A program made the position numbers and the translations under genes. From Hypanus sabinus (taxonomy: Eukaryota): a stretch of 64,000 nt of DNA. Where the stretch lies: positions 31,124,001 to 31,188,000 of the forward strand of contig NC_082738.1 of the NCBI RefSeq assembly GCF_030144855.1, in the 5' to 3' direction. Below are positions 62,860-64,000 of the stretch, piece by piece. The notes under the pieces were generated by a model. It had not been told where the DNA came from, made no database searches, and saw only the letters and a program-made list of their open reading frames with translations. Position 1 is the first letter of the stretch, and the number at the start of each line of letters is the position of its first letter.

Positions 62860-64000
62860 ACATTTTCCAAATAATAAACGCAACAGAACATTTATTTTGA
62901 AATATTTTAGAGTTCAATGTATTTACATTGTCAGCGTTTAAAGTTACAACACTGTTACAAATTGTAACAATAAACACGGAATAGAAGTCAGTAGCTCATT
63001 GTTAATAGCTGCCGGTCTGCTGAACGCCGACACCGTCTAGTCAAACCACTTTATTTTGGCTATCGTGCTTGTCAATCTCACATAAATCCGGAAAAAGAAG
63101 TGTAACATTTGGATGATCTAATGAAATTAAAACGTATCTTTTATCTGGATACGAAATTAGTCTGGATAGTGTTTACAGACAATGGCCTTGTATTAAAAAA
63201 GTTCAAAAATATTTAAGAAACATGAAAGATTTTCTTCGTTGTATTGCATTTCATTATACCCTTCAATTAATAAATAAAATCAAAAGAACGTGATTCTGAA
63301 TATTCATAGTTTTCAGGCCGTGTTAAAATTTCCTGCTCAGAGTAATGGTTGGTCGGTACAGCTATATAAATATAAGAGAGAGCGTTGCTGCCCACACACA
63401 AATATACACACACTNNNNNNNNNNNNNNNNNNNNNNNNNNNNNNNNNNNNNNNNNNNNNNNNNNNNNNNNNNNNNNNNNNNNNNNNNNNNNNNNNNNNNN
63501 NNNNNNNNNNNNNNNNNNNNNNNNNNNNNNNNNNNNNNNNNNNNNNNNNNNNNNNNNNNNNNNNNNNNNNNNNNNNNNNNNNNNNNNNNNNNNNNNNNNA
63601 ACGCACAATACTCAAAAACCCACACATCTACTCTCGTTCCGCACACACTCGTCCCATGTACTTGTCCCAGGGAAAAGATTAGTAAAACTTTTTAATTTCC
63701 CGCAGTGTGTAAAGGGGTAATGGTGAGGTTGGGCAGGTCCTGAGAAGCAAGCGTTTAAGGGGATGAATTCGCCCGTGTAGATACAACCCAACAAGCCGTA
63801 AGTATAGCGTTTGACTACTCTTTATCGCTCTGCCCTCAAAAAAAGAGGATAACTTGCCCGCAACGACCCTCTGTTACAGGTATCATAAAAAGAAGCGGCG
63901 GGCATTTTTGCAATTTTCTGACACATGCCCCGCCTCCGACGGATTAAAGTGCATGCGAGAGAGTAAACCAGTTGAGGGATGTGGTAGGTTGGAGGAAAAA
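62860..64000 (-). other. Probable 3' UTR end of the next 5' Hox gene (possibly HoxC13; CDS outside the window)
   Basis: Unique AT-rich sequence. The minus strand has TGTAAATA (Pumilio-type element), then AATAAA at 62891-62896 followed by U/GU-rich sequence. Gene identity is inferred from cluster order only. Confidence 0.4.

Larger units (their letters stand above)
4701..63599. other. Sixteen short N-runs (assembly gaps or masking), about 130-275 nt each
   Basis: Examples: 4701-4838, 14338-14583, 22369-22592, 31710-31984, 37947-38080 (upstream of the HoxC11 ATG), 62118-62370, 63415-63599. Confidence 0.95.

Overview
Vertebrate genomic DNA, most likely from a cartilaginous fish and probably a ray (inferred from the repeat families), spanning part of a HoxC cluster transcribed on the minus strand. 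Two intact-looking Hox genes are visible: HoxC6 exon 1 (5' part, ATG at 146, running off the left edge) and a complete two-exon HoxC11 (37931-37250 and 36232-36000, 304 aa). No intact HoxC8, HoxC9, HoxC10, HoxC12 or miR-196 is visible. A decayed Hox12-type homeobox with stops and an insertion lies at 55002-55157. Weaker HoxC10-like remnants lie near 32.7 kb and 26.4 kb. A probable 3' UTR end of the next 5' gene, possibly HoxC13, lies at about 62.9 kb. Unlike typical gnathostome Hox clusters, the interval is full of repeats: CR1 and Rex/Babar LINEs, a Tc1 transposon with nested insertions, a Ty3/Gypsy pol remnant, a tRNA-SINE, Penelope-type termini with minimal hammerhead-ribozyme motifs, and several degenerate tandem arrays. 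The overall picture is a HoxC cluster in the process of disintegrating. Sixteen short N-runs (about 130-275 nt) limit what can be excluded. All homology calls were made by eye against remembered reference sequences; no searches were run, and repeat boundaries are approximate.
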